Source: Octopus vulgaris | Lineage: Eukaryota | Direction of reading: 5' to 3' | Assembly (NCBI GenBank): GCA_951406725.2 | Contig: OX597820.1 | Location: forward strand, 104,284,001 to 104,348,000 | Length of the DNA stretch: 64,000 nt | Shown here: positions 15,037 to 29,567 of the stretch, in pieces | Position numbering within the stretch: position 1 is the stretch's first letter | Layout: each line of letters begins with the position of its first letter | Position numbers and translations under genes: made by a program | The notes under the pieces: generated by a model | Database searches by the model: none | What the model saw: the letters and a program-made list of their open reading frames with translations, nothing else | What the model was told of the DNA's origin: nothing

Positions 15037-15454
15037 ATTATTATTTAATTATCTATTTAATTATTTATTTTTTGCATTTCAATTTGTACATCTGTACTCC
15101 CGACTGCGTACAAATGCATATGTAAAACGACGTCCTTTATTTTTTAATCATTATCTGCTGATATCAAAATAAGTAGTATATTGCAAAATAAAAATATTTT
15201 CTAGTGGGGTGAGGTGTAGGGGACATTTGTGATTCCAAGGGTCAAAAGGGGGCCTTTGGCCAAAATGGGTTGAGAACCTTTGGTGTACATGATATACTTA
15301 CTAGAAAGCAGAATACTTCTACAAAGATTTATAGACTATATTTCTCCATCAAAGGGCTCTGCTAGTCATTACTTGGGTGTAGAAGCTCTCCTCAGAATAG
15401 TAGAGCACTGCCAATATGACCATATGGTCCACTTTCTGTACAGATATGACTAAT

Positions 15455-15466
15455 GACGACTACTAC

Positions 15467-15498
<32 letters not shown>

Positions 15499-15552
15499 CT
15501 TCTTCTTCTTCTTCTTCTTCTTCTTCTTCTTCTGCTGCTGCTGCTGCTGCTG

Positions 15553-15587
<35 letters not shown>

Positions 15588-15603
15588 TCTTCTTCTTCTT
15601 CTG

Positions 15604-15671
<68 letters not shown>

Positions 15672-15672
15672 G

Positions 15673-15713
<41 letters not shown>

Positions 15714-15753
15714 TCTTCTTCTTCTTCTGCTACTACTACTACTACTACTACTT

Positions 15754-15785
<32 letters not shown>

Positions 15786-16005
15786 TCTTCTTCTTCTACT
15801 ACTACTACTACTACTACTTCTTCTTCTTCTTCTACTACTACCACTACTACTTCTTCTTCTTCTCCTCCTCCTCCTCCTCCTACTACTTCTTCTTCTTCTT
15901 CTTCTACTACTACCACTACTACTTCTTCTCCTACTACTACTACTACTACTACTACTTCTTCTTCTTCTTCTTCTACTACTACTACTACTACTACTACTTC
16001 TTCTT

Positions 16006-16088
<83 letters not shown>

Positions 16089-16098
16089 TCTTTTTCTT

Positions 16099-16147
<49 letters not shown>

Positions 16148-16163
16148 CACTACTACTACTACA
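15455..16163. repeat. Compound trinucleotide microsatellite (TAC/TTC/TGC/TCC)n
   Basis: Directly visible; ~700 bp in constant T-N-C phase. Confidence 0.98.
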
Positions 16164-17029
16164 ATAAGTATCAACAATACATTTGAAGATGAGGAAGAGA
16201 AGGAAGAGACGAAGGTTGAGGTGAAAGAAGGCGGGGGATGGTAATAAAATAACTTTATGTTGACCTATTACTCACTGCGTGATGTCAAGGCCAGGAATAT
16301 TTATATTTCCCGTAATCATATTGACTTTATGCAGGTAAGTACAAGATTTATCGCCCAGCTTCACATAAATCTCAATAAATCCTCTCAATACTATATATGT
16401 AGTCTTGATTGCCAAAGATAATTAAAAAAAATATCGGTAGGTTCTCAAATCCAGTCTTTAAACGATTATGCAAGTAATTTTCCCGGTCAAACTAAAAAGT
16501 TTGACCCGGTCATAAAAACAAAAAAAATAGTGTAATATGTGTAAAACAACTTCCTCTAAACGAATATGACAAAAGAAAAATGCGCACTCGAGAAAGAGGG
16601 GTGGGGGAAAGGACTCGGAAAATTCACATCGTGAATGTTCCGGGTCTGACCCGGGCACAAATACAAAAAAAAAAATTTTTAATCTTTATGTGTGTGTATA
16701 TATATACACATCCACATATATGTGTACATATATGTGTACATACGAGTGTTTGTGCGTGCGTTTGTGCGCGCACTTAATAACATTAAACTGGTGTCAACTT
16801 AATGAACATATTGAACATATGTTTGGCTCCTGTTTCAGGTCTGTTATTCCCAAGCAGCCTCTATACTTTTTAACGCTGTTGACACTCATCCAATTGAGTA
16901 GTACTGCCCAGATGTCGAAATCATAAGAATTTCTGATAAGCAGCTGACGATGAGATGTCTACGTTTGCTTTGTCAGTTTATTTGTTAGTGCTTTTGTGTT
17001 TTATTTAATGTTCTCATGATATTCGTGTC

Positions 17030-17310
17030 GTCCTCTATTGTGATCCGGAGCCAGACTGTCAATCGAGAGTTCTACTGGGACGTTTTGAAGAGTCCAGAGA
17101 GGACATTCGGCGAAAGCGACCGGATCTGTGGAGCGCGAAAAATTGGATTCTTCACGACGATAATACACCCTGTCACCGAGCTCTCCTCACTCGTGAGTTT
17201 CTCGCCAAAAGCAACATGCTATCGCTTCCGCATCCGCCCTATTCGCCAGATTTAGCACCTGCGGACTTCCATCTCTTCCCGAAAATGAAAATGCAGCTCA
17301 AAGGTCGCCT
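17030..17310 (+). mobile_element. Mariner transposase fragment
   Basis: QTVNREFY, LHDDNTPCH and HPPYSPDLAPADFHLFPKMK motifs. Confidence 0.85.
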
Positions 17311-18321
17311 TCTGTTGTTTTGGACTGGTCTGAATAGAGCTTTAGAAAGCTTTGGAAGTTATCTGAGATCGGGTTAAGCGCCTGTTGTCGACCAGCTTTT
17401 GTTTCTAATGTTTTAATGTAAGTTGGAATTTCGTATATTGTTTTACATATTTGTTTTAGTGGTTTCCTCGCGCGCGCGCGTGTGTGCGCGAAAGAAAGAG
17501 ACTAAAACTATGTTCTCAGAGCAACAGGTGCGCAGATTCTCATTCGTCAAGTGGCGGATTGCGTTGTCGAGGAGGAGAATTCACTACATTTAACGTCCTA
17601 GACACAAGGATAGTAACCGATGCTTGGAAGTTACGATAACAACATGATGTTTCCTATTATGACATGACTGGAGATGATTTCTTTTTCGACGTTTCAATAA
17701 GGAACTGTGATGGAACTGACTTATCCGATCACTTAAGACTGTTTATTCATGATATCCTCGGAAATCGCACTTCCCATAGATCTGGAATGCAGGGAGATGA
17801 CGGCTGTATACACTCATACAATATAAACAACTATAGCATGGACAAATTTGGAAAGGATTGAATACATTTATTCAAGTACTTTGACTTAAGCATACTTATT
17901 AACATTAATTTAATGATAGTAAACTGCATACATATCACACTAGTTTAAAAAAAAGAGCAAACATAGCTTTTAGAGAAAATCAAATGAAAGCAATAAGTAT
18001 ATTCACGAAGTTAGGAACAGCTCTCTTAACATAATTAGAACCATGTATCTAGAATAAGCAAAAGAGCCTGTGGTCCATCATTGGACATGGACATTTGTAG
18101 CGGAGTTGCTCCTTACCATAACGATGTGCTAGCTACAAATGGCTCCACTGAAAATATATAGAAAACTATCCACCAATATCACATCATACTGGAACAGAAC
18201 CGGGATGATGAAAGTAATCTGGTTTAATCTGCCGTTTTACTAGAATTTAACCACGCCATAGATTTGCAAATATAATGTACACTGGTGTGCGTATGTGACT
18301 GTTAGGTGCGTGTGTGTGTGC

Positions 18322-18390
<69 letters not shown>

Positions 18391-19079
18391 AGTGTGTGTA
18401 GTTCGTATACATTTATATGTAGTTTATATGTCAAATAATTCTTCTTTTGGAACTGGATCTCGAAACACAGAGATGCAATAAATAACAGTAGGGAAATATT
18501 AGGTTTATAACCTATTATTTATAGCATTTATCTTTTCGAGATCCAGTTCTAAAAAAAGAATGTGTGTATATGGATATATATATATATATATATATGTAAT
18601 TGAAATTCAGTTGAATTAGGTACTTAAGTTGAAGCACCATCTCAGTGCAGTATTATCCGTACAACTCAAAGTAATGTGAATAAAATCAAAATAAGCAACA
18701 GGATATCAAGAGGTGGTGTAGTACGACCGTTTCAAGCGACTCCATTTAATTGAACAATGCAATCAGTACATCAATTTAAAAGCAAGGCTATCCTCAGCTG
18801 CATAAATAAATAGAATTTTTAATCAGTTGGACACATTAATATAATTTTACTCAAATTCTCTAATAGAGCAAGAAGAGGGAAAGAGTCCGTGTTGCTACTA
18901 AAATAGCTAAGAATATACTACACTTCTAAGAACTGTATGAAGTTTGTTAGGGTCATAGCTTCTAAAGGATTGTGGTTCATTTATAAGTTATTAGTCTTTT
19001 TTATCAACTACCAAATATTTTCTGCTATAGGCACAAGGCATGAAATTTTTGGAAAAGGAGCCAAGCACAGATCTAAGCA

Positions 19080-19830
19080 CTAGATGATCCACGAATGTGG
19101 GATCATATAAGCTTCACAATAGTCAATCCAGGCCATTTCCAGATTTGTTCTCCTTCGTTTACAATCTTGCATTACCATTTTGTCTATCAATAATTGATCT
19201 TTGGTACCTCTGCATCTCCTTCTACAGCCTTTTTGTTCCGTCGGTAAAGTATCGTTCTCATCAAGAAATTTATGCAGTTCTGCAATTCCTCCTGGCAGTA
19301 ACTTCCACATTAATGGAAGGCAAGAAATTGGTCTGTAATTGTAAGCAGCATTTCCCTTTGATGCATCCTTCAGACTCAACACCATTCATCCTTTTGTCAA
19401 CCGACGCCAGGTTTCTTCTCCATTGTTTAATGCGTTAAATTGTTCTGTGATTGATTTATGGCAACTACTGAACTTTTTCATCCGAAATCCCTGTACACCG
19501 TCAGGTCCTGCTGTTGTTTTCCAATTGCTTATCTTTTTACTCATATTTCTGATATTACCTTCTGTGAAGTGGATAGCCTCTTGCTGGGGATAAGAAGCTG
19601 TTTGCTTCAGGTTGTAGAACCATTCAGCTGTAGTATTATGTTGTTCTTGCTTACTCTATATCTTATCCCAGCAAAGTCGACTTTCATCTGTATCAGGGAC
19701 TAATCTTTCATGTTTTTATCGTCATTAATCTCTTAATAAAATCCTTATTGGTCGGTTCCAAACCATTTGTTTTGTCGGTATTGCTTGATCCGTTGTTCAA
19801 ACCTAGTTTGCTTTGCTTTTTTGGCACCGT
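19080..19830 (-). mobile_element. R4/Dong-like reverse transcriptase fragment
   Basis: [27 protein letters not shown] and AWIDY..AY.IPHSWI motifs. Confidence 0.87.
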
Positions 19831-20664
19831 TTGTTGAAAATAAAAATCCCAAGAAAATGTTGGAAAAAGAAAAGAAAAAGGAAAGGCGAATGTCTGGTCA
19901 ACAAATCCGTCTGGCGATTACCGAATGACGTCAGTATTTCATTTTCTGTTCATAAAACGAAAGAATACTACTTATAATGACATCTAAAAATTTTGAAATA
20001 AAATCATTTGAAAAATTCTGAGACTAATTCTTTCAATGAATATGGAATTTTTGAATATGGAATTTATAAATAACGGGTGTGAAAACTAGCGATCTGTAAA
20101 TGAAGAGATGGAAGTTTAAAGAGTTAATATAGCTTTAAATTTATTTATATTTAAAATCTATCTATGTCTGTCTGTATGTATATGTGCGTGTGTGTATGTG
20201 TGTGTGTGCACACACACAAAAGAAAAAACTGTGATGTCTGTAACTTCAGCTGAAAGTGGATCAGGTCACATTAGTCAAAGGTCAACTGTGGTTCACCTTA
20301 AATCCTATATTTCTATCTCGCGTGCTTTTCACATCCCGATGTGTGACCTACAACGCACATATACTTGCAGGTGTATAAACACTCACACAGCCACAAATAT
20401 TTACGCAGCCACGCTCAAGTTAAGAAACAGGTTCTTGCACGAACTTGGTTCACAACTTTTTCTGTTTTTTGTTTGTTTTTGTTTTTTGAGATTCATTGCA
20501 GAAAGTTCTGTGCATGTGCGTGCGTGCGCATGTGTGTATGTGTGTGTGTTATGTATAGCTGAATTGCTAAGCTAGAGTGACGTAAATAGTGAGAGACAAT
20601 CGCAAAGACATGCAGTTTCCATCTACCAATTTGATTCTAATACATCAATTGTTCCGGTGCTTTA

Positions 20665-20910
20665 ATACAGGGTTGGACAGAGAGGATGGACGTTTTTGAA
20701 ATGGCTATTACTCAGCCCCAGGAGAAGGGACATATGTCCGACAGATATCATTCGGTCCGTGGTGTCTTAGCATTTGTCTTTTCTTTTCAGGTGAAGTGAT
20801 GGCGCTGTGGATGATAGAGCATCGCGTGTTTGCCTACGACAGTTACGTGAAGAATAACGAGTCTTTCACAACAGTCCAGCGTGAGTTTCAGCGTCACTTC
20901 AACATTCTAC
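20665..20910 (+). mobile_element. 5' end of a Tc1/mariner-superfamily transposon
   Basis: TA-CAGGGT TIR-like start, then an HTH-like frame EHRVFAYDSY..NESFTTVQREFQRHFN. Confidence 0.65.
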
Positions 20911-21422
20911 TATGACCTCGGCCAACCAAAGCGTTGTGAGTGGATTCGGTAGATGGAAAATGGAAGAAAGCCGTCTTTGTGTTCCTTTTGGACTGTGCTT
21001 TCTACGCATTTCTATCGAATTCCCTGCTAATTAACACGGGATCTCCTAACGACAATGTAAACTTCATACAATCAAGGTATCCTTGATCTAAAGTTTAGCT
21101 TGCTGTCTAACCCTCGTTTGGATAATTACTACTTCCGAGGTTCCGCCAGCTATGAAACATTTTTTTTTACTCAATTCCCTAATTTTGGGATGTTTATTCC
21201 CATATACAACTATCCTAGTTGCCAACCGTGGACTATAAAATAAACTTTTTTAGCTTATCGTACTTCGATACGGGAAAAATCCACAACCCTCTGCGCCAAC
21301 ACACCACTACTCTTCCTGAAAGTTGACTTTTATATCTTCTATGAACTGCTTGAAGCTCTCTAACTTCCTACACTTTGATCCTTGGAGCTTACCTTTACAC
21401 GCGCGCATACACACACATACAC

Positions 21423-21469
<47 letters not shown>

Positions 21470-21494
21470 CACAAACAGACAGACAGACAGACAT

Positions 21495-21564
<70 letters not shown>

Positions 21565-24023
21565 CTACCGAATCCCCAGCGGGTTAACACGGGATCTTCT
21601 GACGACAATGTAAACTTCATACAATCAAGGTATCTTTGACCTGAAGAGTAGCTTGCAGTCTACCTCTCGTTTGGATAATTTGCTATCCTTGAAGTTCCGC
21701 TAGCTATGAAACATATGTAGACGCGATTTTATCTATTCTATTCCCTAATTTTTGAATATATATACATAACGTTCTTCTTGTCTTAATTACCATATGTAAC
21801 TGGCTAACGTTGTAACATTACTCCTCTCTTGGATTCTAAAAACGGTATTTATTCCCCAACACAGTCGTAACAGCTACTACTATCATCATCGCATAGTCGA
21901 GGTCAAGTCGGTTTCTTTTTTAAAAAGATTGAAATGGAATGTGGGAGAAAAATGGTTGAGAAACGCTTGTACAGTGTTACGGATATGTGAGCATATAAAT
22001 GATATTGTTGTCAGTTGGGTTTAGAGTACACAGGCGGGTAAATGATATTGTTCTCAGCTGTCTTTTAAGTTTTTGAGCAGCTTTATAGACCTGAGTATAC
22101 AAAAGAAGACCAGTTCAGGTTTTAATTTCCGTGTGGGTTCAAAATAGAGCAATACGGCAAACTTCTTCAGGTGCAGTTTCCATTCTGATCCTGTATGAAT
22201 CCTGTCTAAAGAATAGCACAATAAAATTATATATTTACAATTACGGGAGCGTGGAGAAAGAGCCTCTGTAGTAAACACACGAATGAGGTTAATAAATGTA
22301 TATCATTTACAAATGTATATTATATATAGATGGCAAAAAAAAATAATATCAAGTTGTTATTTCTGTTTACAGATCGATAAGTATAACTGCAAATAATCAT
22401 CAGTTTACAGTTGGAAAAATTTTCGTTTGGTTGCATTGCCGAATTCAACGTATCCTATGGGCCTGGAGGGAAAAACTTTAGGAGTAAACCCAGAGGTTAG
22501 AAACGGGAGTTCGAGCCCCTGAGGCCGTTCAATGTTGTGAACCGCCGAGGTAGTTCAACGTTGTGAGCCCCTGAGGCAGTCCAACGTTGTGTTCTGGTAA
22601 CTCCTGCAACGACACATACCAAAATATAATGGCCATGCTGTTTCTTTGGTTTTATCAGTGACATGGAGAGTGGAGGACACGCTGCATGAGCAACAACCTC
22701 CATACCATACTGTCCAAGCGTGGATCCTATCGAACACCTTATACTGTAGAGTTAGCACCGGATAGTTCACTAGAAAGGGCACTTCAGCTTCGCTTACGGT
22801 AACACAATACGGAGAGTAACACTTTCAGGTTATAAGTCATGAAAGAGCACCGGAACAGCCTACAAATTTGGCTTTTGTGGCAGAGACTGTTATTCGTGCC
22901 TCGGACTGTTCAGCCACAGATAGCGCAGTTCCAGTACGGTAGACAACTAGGATTTTCATCCATCGTCATTGATGATAGACAGAGGCTTCAAACGACCTGA
23001 GGAAAGAAATGAGAATGCATGTCAGTGTGTTTCAAAATCTTCTTACTGCCTCAACTTACCTTACTAGGGACTAACTCTGGATTGTGGTTGTGTCAACGGT
23101 CTATACCTGAGAATGAGACATATATATTCATCTATACGTCCATCTGTACATAGTTCATTAAATTCATCGCAGACTGGTACTCACGGCTTGGCTGGTATAT
23201 CGCTAGATTACAAATGACTTCACTAACACCAGAATGCTATGTCTACATCGAGCCATCGAGAAAGTTTCGACGTGGTCGTTGAACCTATTAAATATACAAG
23301 CCAAATCGCTTTCAAATCCACCCCCTTAAAAAAAAAGAAAGACATTAGATAATGTAATTCTAGATGGTTGACCTTTTTGTTGTTGGTTGTATAGCAGAGA
23401 TCATAACTTTAGCTCTGCTGTGTCCGGGCTACTTCCAGAAGCAAGTGCCTAACTCCAAATACACTTACCAAATCTCCACTCATAGATACACCACAAAGGG
23501 AAAACAAATCAACATACTTGCACCATCCATGGATCTGCAGGGGATATCAGATATTGGTTAAGCATAACCGAATATAACTGCTTGAAGATCCCTCCCTCCG
23601 GATGTTTAATAGGATTTTGCTCCCTTAGCCTTTTTTTAACTGTTGAATAAATTACTCCACAAGGCAGTAAGGATTTACTATATTAGTGAGCGTAGTGTTT
23701 TTGTCATATTCTCTCGTACGAGCAGCAAAATAACTGAAGGGCCTCATCCACCAAGCAGTTCCCAGATATGCTAATTAACCCATAAATGGTACCTTAAGAG
23801 ATGCTACTATTCCGGGTCAGAGTAAACCTTGGAACAATTGTGGCTCAAAACTCTGGAACTCTAGAACTAGAGCCCAGTTCCCGGATGCAGTTTAAAGTCA
23901 TACCCAGATACAATATGTTTTTTAAAAGAAAGGCATGATCGCGGTTGGAACGCTTTCAATCATAGGCATGCTTGACCAAAGCTGTCCTGTGGCTGTAGTT
24001 CTACATGCACTACATCTTTAAAA

Positions 24024-24407
24024 GTGGAGGCGCAATGGCCCAGTGGTTAGGGCAGCGGACTCGCGGTCATAGGATCACGGTTTCGATTCCCAGACCAGGC
24101 ATTGTGAGTGTTTATTGAGCGAAAATACCTAAAGCTCCACGACGCTCCGGCAGGGGATGGTGGTGATCCCTGCTGTACTCTTTCACCACAACTTTCTCTC
24201 ACTCTTACATCCTGTTTCTGTTGTACCTGTATTTCAAAGGGCCGGCCTTGTCACTCTCTGTGTCACGCTGAATATCCCCGAGAACTACGTTAAGGGTACA
24301 CGTGTCTGTGGAGTGCTCAGCCACTTACACGTTAATTTCACGAGCAGGCTGTTCCGTTGATTCGGATCAACCGGAACCCTCGTCGTCGTAACCGACGGAG
24401 TGCTTCC
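24024..24407 (+). mobile_element. tRNA-derived SINE with 12-bp target-site duplication
   Basis: A box TGGCCCAGTGG, B box GGTTTCGATTCC; ACATCTTTAAAA at 24012-24023 and 24408-24419. Confidence 0.88.
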
Positions 24408-24817
24408 ACATCTTTAAAAAGCGTAAGGCAAGACGATCACTGCTGGAATGTTTTTCATCAAAACCTAACACACCAAGATTGACCAGCGAATAAGCAACAT
24501 TAATCATGCATGCATACATACATACATACATACATACATACATACATACATACATACATACATACATACACCAATCAATGACCTTCATTCACGTTTTTTC
24601 AGCAACCCTCCTCTTCTTCCTCCTCTTTTGCTCTGCTTCTTTTCATTCATAAAGAGACTCATTATACATAAATTTACTATGGACTTCAAACTCTTGATAG
24701 TATATAGGAAGCTTGTTATCTGAGCCAGACATTCATGATTCGTGCACGTGATATAGATCTTCATTGCTTCAGAGTGTTATTTCAATGACTCTTATTACTG
24801 TCTGAGAGTGGTTTGAG

Positions 24818-24887
<70 letters not shown>

Positions 24888-25443
24888 TGATGATGATGAT
24901 GATGATGATGATAACAATCCATGATTGTTGCTGGTTATGGCACGATTGTGGCACGCTTTTCCTCGTATGATCTCGAGCATTTTCAACAAGATAATAATGC
25001 TTGTAAACTAATTATAATATAAAAGAGGGTAGGTCGGTGAGAAGTGTGGTCTGTACATTGTTTGACAAGGTGACAACGTATCTTGCCGTTTGTTTAGTTG
25101 TCTCTTTACAGTTTGAGTTCATACACCACCATATTTCTTTGTGCGTTGTAGTATTACTGTAATCTTAGGTGGCATCAAAGCACGATTTCATCATCTGTCG
25201 TGTCCGCATGAACATTTTGCTGTCATTTTGGGCATCGAAATGGCAGTACATTAGTTAGTTTGGCGGAGAGAATTGTCTGATGGTATTATTTAAGAATCTC
25301 TGCATTCTGAGATCCAAATCATACCTAGGTCTACTTTGCTTTTCGTTCTTTCGAGACGGTTAAATAAGAGTACCGAGGCTGGAATATTTACGAAGTGTTA
25401 GCGTGTCAAACGAGATGATTCTGCGCGTTTTGAATTCAAATAA

Positions 25444-26484
25444 CACTCTCTGTTACTGGATCCCCATCCACGGACCGCGAAAAAGTTTTTCCCCTCGAGG
25501 GCTCCAGACCCCAGTAATGAACTCATTTGCATACAGCCAGTCAGAGCAGAGCCACCTTTACCCTTTCTTACTTACTAGTCAGCACCGTGCATTCCTTACT
25601 CTTTCCCTCTCTACTGGCAGACAGCAACCTTTTTGTCACAATCGAAAAAATTTTCGCTATCACTTCAAGTACTACTGTCTCTAACTACTTGTCGGACAAA
25701 CGAATAAATATATTTAGATAATATTTCTTCCTTCTTGGTGTTGATCCTTCGATGTTCATGTAAATAAATTAATAAATAAAGTGTTATTAGTAATTAAAGT
25801 TTGAAAATTTTGATAATTTTAGTCAATCGTAAGCCACAGACACATTCATGTTTTTCTCTTTTAATTACCATAAACATTTATTTACATGAAAGAAAATTGC
25901 CGGAGAACTTTCGTGCTAAAAATAACAGCTAAAAAATATTTATTTACATGAAAGAAAATTATCGCAGACATAACACGTGTTGTTTACAAATATTGACGAC
26001 ACGTGCTATTTTGTCATGCACAAAATGACATCTTTCAAATCCTGTTTCCAGGTTGGGTGAAAATGATCAAACTTTAAAACTATAACTTTTTAAAATCATT
26101 TTTCTGGAAAAAAATGAGATAACTCCATCAATCCAGTTTGGGCAAGTGTATTATTGTGCCAACGTCGGAATAACCAGTGAACATCAAAGGATCCACACCA
26201 AGAAGGAAGAAATATTATTTACATATATTTATTCGTTTGCCCGACAGGTAGTTAGAGACAGTAGTACTTGTAATGGTAGCAATTTTTTTTTTTTCGATTG
26301 TGACAAAAAAGTTGTTATCTGCCAGTAGAGAGGGTAAGAGTAAGGAATGCACAGTGCTGACTAGAAAGGAAGAAAAGATAAAAGTGTCTCTGCTCTGAGT
26401 GGCTGGATGCAAATGAGTTCATTACTGGGGTCCGGAACTCTCGTGGGAAAAAACTTTGCCCTTCGGGACCCGGTAAAAACAGTG
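25444..26484. mobile_element. Non-autonomous DNA transposon with ~310-bp terminal inverted repeats
   Basis: 25444-25758 is the diverged reverse complement of 26178-26484; termini CACT...AGTG. Confidence 0.85.
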
Positions 26485-26632
26485 ATGGGCTTGAGAAGTC
26501 TGTAAACGAGTGCTCAAGTACTTCAGCGTGGTATTATTTTATTCTTTCACCCGCACGATTTTCCCTAAGAAAAAAAAGAGACTCGGTTTTTTTTGCGTAC
26601 ATACATACATACATACATACATACGTACATAC

Positions 26633-26708
<76 letters not shown>

Positions 26709-26987
26709 AATTAGTAATGCAATACTAGAGTATTGCTTTCCAGTAAAGAATAGACCGTGAGGGAAAAATATACAAACAGATATTGATGAAAATGGTAAGA
26801 CAACAAAAGAATGAAACAGAGCTCGATATTATGTAAATAGAGGAATTTATCTGTAAATGTAATACGTGACAATTATTCGGGCAACCTTGATAAAACTCCG
26901 AGTTTCGGATGCCGAGGTGGAAATCCACGCCACCATCTTTTCAGTTATTCGGTCATCGGAAAAACTAGCATTTTTTCCGACGGCCAT

Positions 26988-27037
<50 letters not shown>

Positions 27038-27123
27038 GAATTTACAAAAATACAAAAGACTAAGACGAGTGTGTAAACAACAAACAGATATGTATTAGTT
27101 TAACGCTCGGGAAATGAGAAAGT

Positions 27124-27159
27124 CTTTTACGTTTCAAGCCTACGCTCTTCGACAGAAAG
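27124..27159 (-). ncRNA. Minimal hammerhead-ribozyme-like motif (variant core)
   Basis: CTTT-CTGTCGA-A-GAGC-gtag-GCTT-GAAA-CG-TA-AAAG. Confidence 0.5.
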
Positions 27160-27575
27160 GAACGCAGAAATAAACAGGGAGAGTAAATAGAAAAAGGTTT
27201 AGTGGCAAGTGATCTATCATGGCGAATGCCGGACGGAGGGGTCACACACAAGAGCTAGGACGAAGGTGAGCGAACGTGTGTATGTGAGAGCGTATAATTT
27301 GCGTGTGGAAGCGGGCTGGTTATATTGACGTGTGCGTGTGTGCATGTGTATGAGTATGGATGATGGTGTAGGTGCTGGGAAGTGGTCATTGCTAGTGTGT
27401 GCGCTGGTGTGGGTACTGGTAGGTGGTCAATGCTAGTTTGTGCGGGGTGGTGTAATGTGTACTGTGGTATGGTGGTGTGTGGTGTAGTGATGTGTGGTGT
27501 GGTGGTGTAGGGGTGTGGTGGTGTAGGGGTGTGGGGGAGGCGAGAGTGCAGGAAGCGGCGTCCCGTTTGACCGGT

Positions 27576-27636
<61 letters not shown>

Positions 27637-27775
27637 AACAGCCGAAATTGCTAAGATGATCCGGTTCCCGACTGAAGATTAGAGGTTTCGAGTGTCCCGT
27701 CTGTTTTCTTGTGTCGTCTCTCTGTGTGTTTTTGCGTTCTTGTCTCACTTTGTAATTTATAATTTATATTTAATT

Positions 27776-27842
<67 letters not shown>

Positions 27843-27970
27843 TAAACAGCCGAAATCTGCGATGAGGAATCGGTTTCTGACTGAAGAACGAAGGCTTTGA
27901 ATGACCCATCTGTCTCTTATGTTCGTCCCTTCGTGTATTTCACGTTATTTATATATGTAAAGGTTTAATT

Positions 27971-28025
<55 letters not shown>

Positions 28026-28176
28026 AATACGACAAGCTGCTTTCGGCTTCTGTCTACCAAATCTACTCACAAGGTTTGGTCGGCCCGAGCCAATAGATGA
28101 CGGCACTTACCATCCATTGTAACTGAACCCAGAACTATGTGGTTGGGAAGCAAGTTTCTAACCACAGAGTCAATCC

Positions 28177-28221
<45 letters not shown>

Positions 28222-28293
28222 ATCTCTCTCTTTCTCTCTCTCTCTCTTTCTCTATCTATCTCTCTCTCTCTTTCTCTCTCTCTGTCTCTCTCT

Positions 28294-28342
<49 letters not shown>

Positions 28343-29015
28343 GTATATTAATAAAAGAAATAAAACATATGCATATATATAAACATATATGTACGTACCT
28401 ACCTCTACATGTACATATACACGCATATATGAGTACAGGACACCAAAGGGACGTCGAACACATAGAGAAACGAAAACATAGACACAAGCCAAAGGAACAG
28501 GACATTTTTTTAAAACCAACAAAAAATGGAGTACAGGACAGTTAACACAACGAAAAAACCCCTTCTTCAGTCGCTAAGGTTTCATCTACTCTACGTTTCG
28601 AAGGATAAAAGCGAGACGTATCTTCGACAAGAAACTTTCCTTCCTGCGAAAAGCAAATCAATTAAAATTCTGAGATCTTTTCGCAGAGGGGTAAAAAATG
28701 GTAAAAAAATAGTAAAAAAACGAGACAGTAACGACAGTACAAAAATATAAACAGTAAAAAAAAATTATATATATAAACAGTAAAAAAAATATATATATAA
28801 CAGTAAAAGACAGGACAGGGAGAACAATGTATATATCGCTATCTCTCTCAGCCTTTCATATATGTATTTTTTATATTAATTTTCATGCTATTATTTCAAA
28901 ATATAGTATATATAATCACTTGTATTAAGTGTGTAAATACTTGACACTTATATAGAAAGAGCATTTATTTTAAATTCGGTATATAATATTCTCACAGAAC
29001 ATATTTTTAATTAGT

Positions 29016-29054
<39 letters not shown>

Positions 29055-29057
<3 letters not shown>

Positions 29058-29490
29058 TGCAGGAGTGCCTATGTGGTAAGTAGGCTGCTTACCAACCACA
29101 TGGTTCCGGGTTCAGTCCCACTGCGTGACACCTTAGGCAAGAGTCTTCTACTATAGCCTCGGGCCGACCAAAGCCTTGTGAGTGGATTTGGCAGACGGAA
29201 ACTGACAGAAGCCCGTCGTATATTTGTATATGTATATATATATATATATGTGTGTATTTGTGTATCTGTGTCCCCCTCTCCACAATATCGCTTGACAACC
29301 GATGCTCGTGTGTTTACATCCCCGTAACTTAGCGGTTCGGCAAAAAAAAACCGATAGAAAAAGTACTGGGCTTATGATAGTAGCCATGATAAAGCATAAG
29401 TCCTGGGGTCGATTCGCCCGACTAAATGCGGTGCTCCAGCATGGCCGCAGTCAAATGACTGAAAAAAGTAAAACGGTAAGGGGTAAAAGG
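29055..29490 (+). mobile_element. Full-length copy of the same SINE family
   Basis: Collinear with the reverse complement of 14614-15036. Confidence 0.9.

Positions 29491-29567
<77 letters not shown>

Noticed and set aside
15392-16244. 256-263 aa ORFs (poly-T/S, poly-Y/F, poly-V/E)
   Set aside because: They arise from a stop-free trinucleotide microsatellite, with no splice or homology support.
24026-24100. tRNA-like sequence as a tRNA gene
   Set aside because: It continues into a ~300-bp body bounded by a TSD and has no clean cloverleaf or terminator; it is a SINE head. The same applies to the heads near 15036, 29055 and 32286.
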